Assembly: GCA_964458565.1 (NCBI GenBank)
Contig: CAYWJO010000046.1
Location: 1-26,298, forward strand
DNA: 26,298 bases
Origin: an uncultured archaeon
GTDB taxonomy: Archaea; Asgardarchaeota; Thorarchaeia; Thorarchaeales; Thorarchaeaceae
Reading direction: 5' to 3'
In this document: one piece after another, positions 18,691 to 26,298 of the stretch
Layout of the letters: every line of letters starts with the position of its first letter
Numbering within the stretch: the stretch's first letter is position 1
Notes under the pieces: model-generated
What the model was told of the DNA's origin: nothing
Database searches by the model: none
Seen by the model: only the letters and a program-made list of their open reading frames with translations
Position numbers and translations under genes: made by a program

Positions 18691-20234
18691 AACAAACCAA
18701 TACACAACAGGCGAAGTGGGATGAACCGCTTTTATTCGAGATGACTTTGTCTGGAACCACAGGTCATCAGTTTCCAACGACTGAGAAAGAGATACTGAAA
18801 GAAGTTGGAAATCTTGAGAAGATATTCCCCTCTTCGATGAAGCGTAAAAAACCACCCCAATTGCCTCAGGTTCCAGAACCAAGACTCATTCGCCACTTCA
18901 CTCGTCTATCTCAGATGAATTTCTCAATATCCTCTGGTACATACCCTCTCGGCAGCTGTACGATGAAGTACAATCCTGTAATCAATGATTGGGCTGCATC
19001 ACATCCAGGATTTGCCTGGCTTCATCCTCTCCAAGATCCTTCCATGACACAAGGTGCCTTGGAACTATTATGGGAACTTGAACAATGGATTGGAGCGATT
19101 ACAGGAATGGATGCAGTCACACTGCAACCTGCTGCAGGAGCGCACGGTGAATGGACTGGTGTTCTGATGATGCGAGAGTATCACAGGTGTGTGACTCACG
19201 AATGCAATCAGAGAGATGAGATGATTATTCCTGATGCCGCTCATGGGACCAATCCTGCCTCCGCAGCTATGGCTGGATACAAAATCTTGGAGATTCCTTC
19301 TAGTACTGATGGTCTTATTGATATTGAAGCTTTGAAAGAAGCTGCAGGACCTCGGACTGCAGGTTTAATGTTGACAAATCCAAATACAATTGGAGTGTTT
19401 GAAAAGGACATCAAAGAGATTGCTGGTACGGTACATGATGCAGGTGGCTTGTTATACTACGATGGTGCAAACCTCAATGCCATTATGGGAATTACCAGAC
19501 CCGGTGATATGGGATTTGATGTTGTTCATGTTAATCTACATAAGACGATGTCAACACCACATGGTGGTGGAGGTCCTGGAGCTGGACCGGTGGGCGTAAA
19601 CAAAAAACTAGCTGAATTTCTGCCCGTTCCACGAATCGTTCAGACCGAAGGTGAGTTTAATCTAGACTACAATCGTCCACAATCTATAGGTAAGGTCAAG
19701 TCCTTCTACGGCAATTTTGGAGTGTTAGTTCGAGCGTATGCATATATCTATGCACTTGGTAAGAAAGGGCTCAAGCGATCCTCTGAGGTTGCGGTGCTGA
19801 ATGCAAACTATGTTGCCCAGCATGTACGAAACATCAAAGGATTTAGCCTTCCTTATTCTCAAGATGCGCCACGAATGCATGAATGTGTAATCTCAGCTGA
19901 GAAGTTAAAGGAAGACACTGGTGTTACTGCTATGGACGTAGCAAAGAGATTACTCGATTATAGAGTTCATTCTCCTACCGTCTATTTTCCTCTGATAGTC
20001 CCCGAAGCACTCATGATTGAACCTACTGAAAGTGAAACACGCCAAGAATTGGATTATTTCATTGAAACCATGAGACAGATATCAAAAGAAGCTTATGATG
20101 AACCTGAGACTGTCAAGACAGCACCACATACAACTGCAAGACGAGAGCTTGATGAGTACATGGCTGCACATCCGAAAACGCTCACGCTCTCATGGAGAGC
20201 ACATCTCAAAATTCAAGAAGAAGCGAAAAAATAG
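18687..20234 (+). CDS. gcvPB: Glycine dehydrogenase (decarboxylating) subunit 2
   Basis: YPLGSCTMKYNP, QPAAGAHGE, PLP lysine motif HVNLHKT..TPHGGGGPG, MIEPTESE; ATGA overlap with gcvPA. Confidence 0.96.
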   Translation: MKQTNTQQAKWDEPLLFEMTLSGTTGHQFPTTEKEILKEVGNLEKIFPSSMKRKKPPQLPQVPEPRLIRHFTRLSQMNFSISSGTYPLGSCTMKYNPVINDWAASHPGFAWLHPLQDPSMTQGALELLWELEQWIGAITGMDAVTLQPAAGAHGEWTGVLMMREYHRCVTHECNQRDEMIIPDAAHGTNPASAAMAGYKILEIPSSTDGLIDIEALKEAAGPRTAGLMLTNPNTIGVFEKDIKEIAGTVHDAGGLLYYDGANLNAIMGITRPGDMGFDVVHVNLHKTMSTPHGGGGPGAGPVGVNKKLAEFLPVPRIVQTEGEFNLDYNRPQSIGKVKSFYGNFGVLVRAYAYIYALGKKGLKRSSEVAVLNANYVAQHVRNIKGFSLPYSQDAPRMHECVISAEKLKEDTGVTAMDVAKRLLDYRVHSPTVYFPLIVPEALMIEPTESETRQELDYFIETMRQISKEAYDEPETVKTAPHTTARRELDEYMAAHPKTLTLSWRAHLKIQEEAKK

Positions 20235-20237
20235 GGT

Positions 20238-20630
20238 TTGAAAAGAATGCGAATTGAACGTAAAGCTGGAGGCCATACAATCGTTTCAGACTCGCAAGCT
20301 ATTGGAAACGATTTGATCGTCATCATTTATGGTGGTGATGAGCATCACATTGGTGGTATATCCGTTGCTTATCCGACTAAGAGTCATTATCGAGATGCAT
20401 TTACGATCAGCCTGAACTCAATAACACTTCCTGGTCATAAGGACTATGTTCTTGCTAATTCTTTAGCGGAGAAACTCGCTGAAGCTCTCAGAAGAGTTGT
20501 TACTGTTGTCGTAGGTATTCATATGGATAATGCAACAGAGGATGATATCAAAAGAGCAGTTGAAACGAGTCATTTAATGACTGATGAAATCATAGCTCAC
20601 TATTCCAACAAATCGCCTATTTCATCATGA
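20238..20630 (+). CDS. LpdD-like / proteasome-assembly-chaperone-fold small protein
   Basis: G.DL.V...GG..HIG...A, PGHKD, V..GIH.DNAT..DI motifs, as I recall them from LpdD-like proteins; start TTG 20238 or ATG 20247. Confidence 0.7.
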   Translation: MKRMRIERKAGGHTIVSDSQAIGNDLIVIIYGGDEHHIGGISVAYPTKSHYRDAFTISLNSITLPGHKDYVLANSLAEKLAEALRRVVTVVVGIHMDNATEDDIKRAVETSHLMTDEIIAHYSNKSPISS

Positions 20631-20648
20631 AAATCGAGGGATTCTAAT

Positions 20649-20930
20649 TTGCGAGTACACTTCAAGTCCTTTGGTCCTATCAGGCGTGTGGTCGGAGAAC
20701 CAGTTATCAAATTATCTGTGGAAGAGCAGTCCACTATACGAGATGTCATTGATGCTGTGATTGTCTTGTATGGTACTCAGTTGGCTAAAATTATCCTAGA
20801 AAATGACGGCATAAGCGGTAATCTCATCATTCTTCTTAATAGGCGTGATACTAATCGACTTGATGGACTAAATACCCTTGTTTCAGAAGGTGATGAAATT
20901 GCACTTCTTCCTCATGTGCAAGGTGGATAG
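20649..20930 (+). CDS. Ubiquitin-like sulfur carrier (SAMP/Urm1/MoaD family)
   Basis: 93-aa beta-grasp pattern, ILLN..D...LDGL.T....GDEIALLP, C-terminal GG. Confidence 0.9.
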   Translation: MRVHFKSFGPIRRVVGEPVIKLSVEEQSTIRDVIDAVIVLYGTQLAKIILENDGISGNLIILLNRRDTNRLDGLNTLVSEGDEIALLPHVQGG

Positions 20931-20942
20931 GAGGATTGGTAA

Positions 20943-22235
20943 GTGACAGGGTCTTTCTATCTAGAAACCTTCGGCTGTTCTCTGAATACGGCTGATTCTG
21001 ATTTAATAGTTGGGCGATTAGAACAACTTGGACATAATAGAGTTGATCTGAAAAGAGCTGATGTTTTGATCATCAACACTTGTGGTGTGAAGGAACCAAC
21101 TGAAGATCGAATTATTCATCGGTTAGAACAACTGTCCCATATGCCTCAGCCACTTATTATTGTTGGCTGTCTTCCCAAGATATCATATGATCGTGTTGTT
21201 AAGGCTGCACCCAAATATGCTGCTATTCTAGGACCTCAGTCTATCGAATCTATTGCACATGTATTCAGTAGAGTCTTGGACGGTGAGCGAAGTATCCTTC
21301 ATCTTGAATCAGACTCGGGCTCGAAGCTAAGATTCTTTCAAGGTCCTCCGAATACTAAAATTTGCACTATTCCTATCTGCGAGGGTTGTCTAGGTGCTTG
21401 TGCCTATTGTGCAGTCAGATTTGCTAGAGGTGCAGTACGAAGTCATTCAATTGAAGAGATATACGAAGTCGTCAAAAGAAGTGTTCATCTTGGTTATCGT
21501 GAGATTCGTTTAACTTCTCAGGATGCTGGAGTTTTTGGAAGTGATACAGGTGAGTCTTTGACTGAACTTCTTCAAACCCTAAATGAACTCCCCGGACCAC
21601 ATAAATTCAGACTCGGTATGTTCAATCCTAATCTAGTCAGAGATACTATTGATGAATTAGTTGACATCATGTCATCAACTCATTTCTTTCAATTCTTTCA
21701 CATACCTCTCCAGACTGGCAGTGACGAACTTCTTCGTGCTATGAACAGACAGTATACAGTTGCAGATTGGAAAGATATCGTTTCAAGAATTCGTCAACGA
21801 CTTCCGGATTCAACAATCGCTACTGATATTATAGTAGGATTTCCGGGTGAAACCGATGATGATTTCTCTCAGACAATGGAAGTAGTTACAGATGTACATC
21901 CAGAAATTGTGAATATATCTAAATACGGGGACCGGCCAAATACATCTGCATCAAAATCTGATAAAAAGGTAAATACAACTCTCAAGAAAAATCGTAGTCG
22001 AGCGCTATCAAAACTTGTAGAAACTCTATCGCTTCAGACGAATGAATCATGGGTGGGATGGAGTGGTCCTGTGATGGTGACGGAATCAGCTCCGCGAGGT
22101 GGCTATCTTGCTCGAACAACATCATACAAGCCAATTATAATTAATGAAACCGTTAATCTTGGAGCAATCCTCACTGTGAGAGTTGTTGATTCTGAGCAGA
22201 CACATCTGATTGGACAGGTGACTAGCGGCTCTTGA
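20943..22235 (+). CDS. mtaB: tRNA t6A methylthiotransferase (archaeal MtaB/CDKAL1 type radical SAM)
   Basis: UPF0004 cysteines (GCSLN, NTCGVK, GCL), CxxxCxxC (CLGACAYC), TDIIVGFPGET, C-terminal TRAM domain. Confidence 0.88.
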   Translation: MTGSFYLETFGCSLNTADSDLIVGRLEQLGHNRVDLKRADVLIINTCGVKEPTEDRIIHRLEQLSHMPQPLIIVGCLPKISYDRVVKAAPKYAAILGPQSIESIAHVFSRVLDGERSILHLESDSGSKLRFFQGPPNTKICTIPICEGCLGACAYCAVRFARGAVRSHSIEEIYEVVKRSVHLGYREIRLTSQDAGVFGSDTGESLTELLQTLNELPGPHKFRLGMFNPNLVRDTIDELVDIMSSTHFFQFFHIPLQTGSDELLRAMNRQYTVADWKDIVSRIRQRLPDSTIATDIIVGFPGETDDDFSQTMEVVTDVHPEIVNISKYGDRPNTSASKSDKKVNTTLKKNRSRALSKLVETLSLQTNESWVGWSGPVMVTESAPRGGYLARTTSYKPIIINETVNLGAILTVRVVDSEQTHLIGQVTSGS

Positions 22236-23217
22236 CGTGAATATCAACAGCTTTCCCCGATGTTGCACTGAGTCTTGCCGATTCAACGATTTCTAAGGCA
22301 GCTAAGCCGTCATCCAAACCAACTCTCGGCTTATCACCTGTCTCAATGCATTTTAGAAAATCAGTGATGACTTCTCCTAGTGGTTCACCATATACCTTGA
22401 TTGTAGTGCCTCTCTCAGGAAGTCTGAGTGACCTGCCATCAGCAGTTGGTTCTTGATCCAAATCTTGAACCTTGATTATTTGACCAAATAGATCCAGAGT
22501 AAGAGTTCCCTTGGTTCCAGAAACATCCATAGCCCGTTTTCTACCTACATATTGACGTGACAGCAGGAAAATGTGTTCCACTCCGGATTCAAACTTGACT
22601 AAAACGGTACCTGAATTTAAAATCTCATCTTTCTTCAGACATTGTGCAAAGAGTCTTGCCTTTCCGGTGCTTATTCTAGCCATAATATCAAAGTCATGGA
22701 CTCCGATATCCTCAAACACGTCTCCAAGTGATGGAATTCTGCCTGGATGCACAAACCCTCGTCTGTCATGAATTATTGTTCGGGGTGTTCCAATTGCTCC
22801 TTCAGATATGAGGCTTATTGCACGATTAACCACTGGATTGTAAATCTCAGAATGCGATATTATTGTGGCAATCCCTTTCTCTTTTAGAATAGTAGCAACC
22901 TTTTTCGCATCCTCTAGGGTACTAGCAAGTGGCTTCTCAATAAGAATTCCTTTGATATCATAATTCTCAGCTACTTTGAGAGCTATTTTTGCATGAGTGG
23001 ATGTGGGAGTAGCTATTATTACTCCATCAGGATTAGTGGTTTCAATCATTGATTCGAAACTTTCGAACGCAGGCACCCCATAATCGTCCCCTATAGCTTT
23101 GGCACGATTAAAATCAATATCAGCGACACCGGCAAGTGCTCGTAGACTACTAAGGACCCGTGCGTGAATTTGCCCCATGTTTCCGGTACCTATGATTCCA
23201 ATCTTGGGAGATGTCGT
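22222..23217 (-). CDS. Gfo/Idh/MocA family NAD(P)-dependent oxidoreductase
   Basis: IATPT.TH, EKPLA, DIGVHD motifs. The Rossmann motif KIGIIGTGNMG begins upstream of ATG 23178, so the start is placed at ACG 23217. Confidence 0.85.
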   Translation of the reverse strand, partial: TTSPKIGIIGTGNMGQIHARVLSSLRALAGVADIDFNRAKAIGDDYGVPAFESFESMIETTNPDGVIIATPTSTHAKIALKVAENYDIKGILIEKPLASTLEDAKKVATILKEKGIATIISHSEIYNPVVNRAISLISEGAIGTPRTIIHDRRGFVHPGRIPSLGDVFEDIGVHDFDIMARISTGKARLFAQCLKKDEILNSGTVLVKFESGVEHIFLLSRQYVGRKRAMDVSGTKGTLTLDLFGQIIKVQDLDQEPTADGRSLRLPERGTTIKVYGEPLGEVITDFLKCIETGDKPRVGLDDGLAALEIVESARLSATSGKAVDIHVKSR

Positions 23218-23327
23218 GGTTGTTCACCCTTTCATTGATGTGGTGAAACCTAATGCCATCTCCTTTATAGGTTGTCATTGTTCAAATGTCAAGTTTGCGC
23301 ATCTGTTCGAATGACCTTAAATTCAAA

Positions 23328-23416
23328 GGCAAGAACTCAATATTGGCTGCCCAATGATGCAAGCCTGGGCCCATGAGCTTTCTTACCCACAGGCAAGATT
23401 GCACTCCCATGCCTGT
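23328..23416 (-). ncRNA. Candidate structured RNA (two adjacent hairpins)
   Basis: Hairpin 1 ACAGGCA/TGCCTGT (23389-23416). Hairpin 2 GGTAAGA-AA-GCTCA-TGG-GCCCA / TGGGC-AG-CCA-ATAT-TGAGT-TCTTGCC (23328-23387) uses G-U pairs valid only on the minus strand. TATAAAA upstream at 23455-23461. Confidence 0.4.
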
Positions 23417-23568
23417 TCTCTGTTTCAATACGACACATGTTCCACCACACCCCGTTTTATATGAAAGTTCATGGCCCTTACAATCACTTCCTCAACGAAA
23501 TAAGGACAACAGATGCTCGAAAGAATTTCCTTTTAATAATACTAATCCAATCATATCATGGTGATAAT

Positions 23569-23808
23569 TTGTCTGAGATTGCTACTGTCTCTTCTAAAAG
23601 AAGCCTTTTCACACGTAGGGATTACCTCTGGATGGCTGCTACTTTTACTTTGACACCAATTGTTGCGGCTCTCTTATCTCTGGGGGGATATATTCCGTTT
23701 GATGTTTTCACGGCTGGAATCAGTGGATTCTTAGTATCACTTGTTTATGTTGGATTTCGAGTAGCCAATGTCTATCGAGTAGTGAGCATAAGACCAAACT
23801 CAACTTAG
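23569..23808 (+). CDS. Small two-TM membrane protein of unknown function (79 aa)
   Basis: GGTGA at 23560-23564 precedes in-frame TTG 23569; two hydrophobic segments with basic flanks. Confidence 0.65.
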   Translation: MSEIATVSSKRSLFTRRDYLWMAATFTLTPIVAALLSLGGYIPFDVFTAGISGFLVSLVYVGFRVANVYRVVSIRPNST

Positions 23809-24001
23809 AGAAATTTTGCTCCGAATGCATTTATGAATCCAATAGCTTCATACATGTCATCATTGAAATTTTCTTGCTCGGGATAAATTTTACATCTATT
23901 AAGTGCATAGTTTAATGACACTAGGCTTGTATGATTTTTAACTATAATTTCGTCAAATACAAAAGGAATGATATCTCAATCTTGCATTTGTGGTGTAGAG
24001 A

Positions 24002-24646
24002 ATGAAACATAAGAAACGAAGAGCAATGGTTGTATTCGATAGATGGGGTCCATACATGGTCGTGGGTAAACCAAAATTCACCAACTCAAAAGGTGATGAA
24101 CTTGATTTGGATCCGGTCGCGTCACTATGTAGATGCGGGAAATCTAAAAACAAGCCCTATTGTGATGGGAGTCATGGTCCAGCTAATTTCTCTGGCGAAA
24201 AAGAACCTGACAGAAGAGAAGACAAAGTTGTAGAATTTGTTGGAACTGATATAACAATCTATGACAACCGAGGAGTATGTTCTGCAGATGGAGCATGTGT
24301 AAGAGAGAGTCCCAATGTATTCAAAAAGGACCAGAAACCAATGTGGATATTCCCAAATGAAGATAACATCAAGAAAACCGTTGAAACGATTGAAAAATGT
24401 CCGTCAGGAGCACTTAGCTATAGAATTGGTACACAGCGTATTCAGAATTTGGATCGCGAGCCTGCAATCAAGGTAGCAAAGAATGGACCCCTTGAATTTG
24501 TAGGTTGGATAAAGCTCATCGATGAGATGGAATCTAAACCAGAAGCGCTTGAGCATTATACCCTATGCCGGTGTGGAGTATCCAAAAACAAACCATTCTG
24601 TGACAACAGTCACAAGAAAATAGAGTTTGTAGATGACAAGAACTAA
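24002..24646 (+). CDS. CDGSH iron-sulfur protein (two CDGSH motifs around a divergent ferredoxin-like domain)
   Basis: CRCGKSKNKPYCDGSH and CRCGVSKNKPFCDNSH flank C(x5)C...CPSGAL. Confidence 0.9.
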   Translation: MKHKKRRAMVVFDRWGPYMVVGKPKFTNSKGDELDLDPVASLCRCGKSKNKPYCDGSHGPANFSGEKEPDRREDKVVEFVGTDITIYDNRGVCSADGACVRESPNVFKKDQKPMWIFPNEDNIKKTVETIEKCPSGALSYRIGTQRIQNLDREPAIKVAKNGPLEFVGWIKLIDEMESKPEALEHYTLCRCGVSKNKPFCDNSHKKIEFVDDKN

Positions 24647-24684
24647 ATTCGTTACCTTTAAGCAAGATTAATCGTTTCTGATAT

Positions 24685-25143
24685 ATGATGGACTCTTCAA
24701 ATCATTATGAAATCTGCAAAGAATGCGGAGGTTATTGTTGTAGCTTTGGTGGAACTATAGCTACAAGAGAGGAAGTAGATGTGATTCTAAAAGCTGGTCA
24801 TAAGAATCACTTTGTAGGCATCTCAAGTAATTGCTACACGACAATCTGGGGAGAATATGGTATCTGTCCCTACTTAGAGAATGCTAGTTGTACAATCTAT
24901 GACATTCGACCAAAGGTATGTAGGAAATTCCCCATTCTCACGTTCAACAATAAGAAACACTTTCTCGTTCACTGTCCTCTAACCGAACATCTCTCTAAAG
25001 AGGAAATTGAGGAATGTATCTCAATTGCTCGTACTTGTCCTACTGAATTAATGCAGGGAGCTAATCTATACCTTGAACCACATTCAAAGATTATTGATGA
25101 CCGAATCAATGAATTCGAGATGGAAGAGATTCAACTAGAATAG
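24685..25143 (+). CDS. YkgJ-family cysteine cluster protein (CxxCxxxCC)
   Basis: CKECGGYCC ... CPYL...CTIYDIRPKVCRKFP. Confidence 0.88.
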   Translation: MMDSSNHYEICKECGGYCCSFGGTIATREEVDVILKAGHKNHFVGISSNCYTTIWGEYGICPYLENASCTIYDIRPKVCRKFPILTFNNKKHFLVHCPLTEHLSKEEIEECISIARTCPTELMQGANLYLEPHSKIIDDRINEFEMEEIQLE

Positions 25144-25170
25144 ATGGATGGTGTGGAGGGTGAGATGTAG

Positions 25171-26280
25171 TCATCTGGATGTGATTCGAAGATACGACTT
25201 TACCTCACTGATAGATTCTGCGGTAGTTGACTTCACTCCCACTTTTTCCATACTGGATTTGAGAAAACTAGCTAGTGCTTCACTTGCTTCAACTAGTTGC
25301 TCTATGTCCATCGATGTAAGAAGCGATTCCAAAGGCTTTTGACACTCTAGTGGAAGTCTATCAATTTCATCAAGTGTCTTATCGAAACGCTTTGGATCTG
25401 ATTGATTACCTTGAATACTCATCAGAATCCAGATCCCAAATTCAGCAAATTCAACAGCGGCATATCTAACAAAAACCAAGTTTTGTGATTGAGCAGCTGA
25501 ATATACTTTGTTTAGGCAATCAACTATCCCCGACCACTCGCCTGAAATCATGTCAATGGAGTCTTCTCTAGACAATCTCTGTTCATTGAACCAGTGCCTG
25601 AGCAAGAGATCTATATCCAATACAAGGTTCGTAGCTATAGCAAGAGACTCTTCTGGGGGACTGGTAACAAGCTTTTCATAACGTGTAGTGAACTCCGGAG
25701 GAACAATTTCAAATTCACGCAATTCTGAAAGCTGTTTTCCCCAGTTGTGTTTCATTGGTTTCTTATTGAGTGCAGATAATATATGGGAAATTTCAATTGC
25801 TATATTCCATATCAGAAATGAAGGTGTAAGATTATCATCGTGATTCACAGAATCTTGCAATCTCCATAATTGTCCGTAAAGATTTGTGAAGTTGGTAACT
25901 GCATTTCTTAGTACCTCTTCACTTCCATCAGGTATGTATCGGGACACTTCTCTGAACCGTTTCTCGAGATTCTTTGATTTGGACCAGAGAACAACATGGT
26001 TTTCAAAGATAGATGCCCCAACGGACCAAGTTCCATGAACTCCCTTTGCAATTCCAATAGTTTCATCCCAAGACATAGTATGTACTGAAATTGGACGTTC
26101 TTTCAGGACAAAGTTCCAAGAAACTGAGATTTTATCTGAGATGACAAGTAAATCGATATCCGAGAAATCATTTGCTGTCTTACGAGCAAGACTCCCGTAA
26201 ACTACAATCAGATCAATATCATCTGTTTCTTCAGCAATAGCCCTAGCAATCTCTTGTGCTTGGATTAATAAATCACTCAT
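25171..26280 (-). CDS. Pol-beta superfamily nucleotidyltransferase, kanamycin-nucleotidyltransferase-like
   Basis: YGSLAR....FSDIDL motif followed by long all-helical C-terminal domains. Confidence 0.75.
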   Translation of the reverse strand: MSDLLIQAQEIARAIAEETDDIDLIVVYGSLARKTANDFSDIDLLVISDKISVSWNFVLKERPISVHTMSWDETIGIAKGVHGTWSVGASIFENHVVLWSKSKNLEKRFREVSRYIPDGSEEVLRNAVTNFTNLYGQLWRLQDSVNHDDNLTPSFLIWNIAIEISHILSALNKKPMKHNWGKQLSELREFEIVPPEFTTRYEKLVTSPPEESLAIATNLVLDIDLLLRHWFNEQRLSREDSIDMISGEWSGIVDCLNKVYSAAQSQNLVFVRYAAVEFAEFGIWILMSIQGNQSDPKRFDKTLDEIDRLPLECQKPLESLLTSMDIEQLVEASEALASFLKSSMEKVGVKSTTAESISEVKSYLRITSR

Positions 26281-26298
26281 TAGAGCTCACCACGCAAA

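Noticed and set aside
23340-23375. CCCAGG...GGCAGCC resemblance to SRP RNA helix 8
   Set aside because: No GNRA tetraloop or AGCAG motif, and no room for a roughly 300-nt archaeal SRP RNA; RNase P and 5S signatures are also absent.
23337-23438. 33-codon minus-strand ORF (MCRIETENRH...)
   Set aside because: No recognisable protein features, and RNA structure explains the region better; a leaderless peptide cannot be fully excluded.
23253-23564. Plus-strand frame GGTGA..ATG CCA TCT CCT TTA TAG ... CAA TGA TGC, suggesting Pyl/Sec readthrough
   Set aside because: It needs both a TAG and a TGA readthrough and gives no recognisable fold. The nearby ATGA...TGA spacing is too short for a SECIS helix II. 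The TATAAA at 23264-23269 is better explained as the oxidoreductase promoter.
212-25342. Many short overlapping ORFs (e.g. 212-496, 1194-1523, 2112-2399, 7134-7637, 8041-8619, 9478-9756, 15685-15969)
   Set aside because: Antisense or alternate-frame shadows of well-supported genes with no motifs.
1-26298. CRISPR arrays, IS elements, rRNA
   Set aside because: No regularly spaced repeats, terminal inverted repeats with a transposase, or rRNA signatures were noticed.

Overview
Archaeal chromosomal window, most likely from an Asgard archaeon (Thorarchaeia-like). This is inferred from GGTGA Shine-Dalgarno motifs, archaeal informational genes, a ribophorin-I homologue and SBBP/DUF2341-type surface proteins. 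In order it holds: the end of a DUF2341-like gene; a membrane-anchored SBBP beta-propeller protein; a zinc-finger/aEF-1beta pair; FEN1, an RPA32-like protein, aIF-2beta and DUF424; a NifB/NifX-type protein; the NMD3-aIF-1A-RIO1-Dim2 cluster; an AglH/ALG7-type GlcNAc-1-P transferase divergent from a 986-aa DOMON(FKBP-inserted)-Ig-ribophorin I fusion; an HD hydrolase; an intron-containing tRNA-Gln(UUG); a 2-oxoacid:ferredoxin oxidoreductase alpha/beta pair; Trm112; a gcvPA-gcvPB-LpdD/PAC-like-SAMP-MtaB operon; a Gfo/Idh/MocA oxidoreductase that seems to need an ACG start; a candidate bistable structured RNA; and CDGSH, YkgJ and KNTase-like genes. The most notable item is the ribophorin-I fusion, a possible coupled folding/N-glycosylation module. 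All family calls come from motif recognition by eye; no searches were run.
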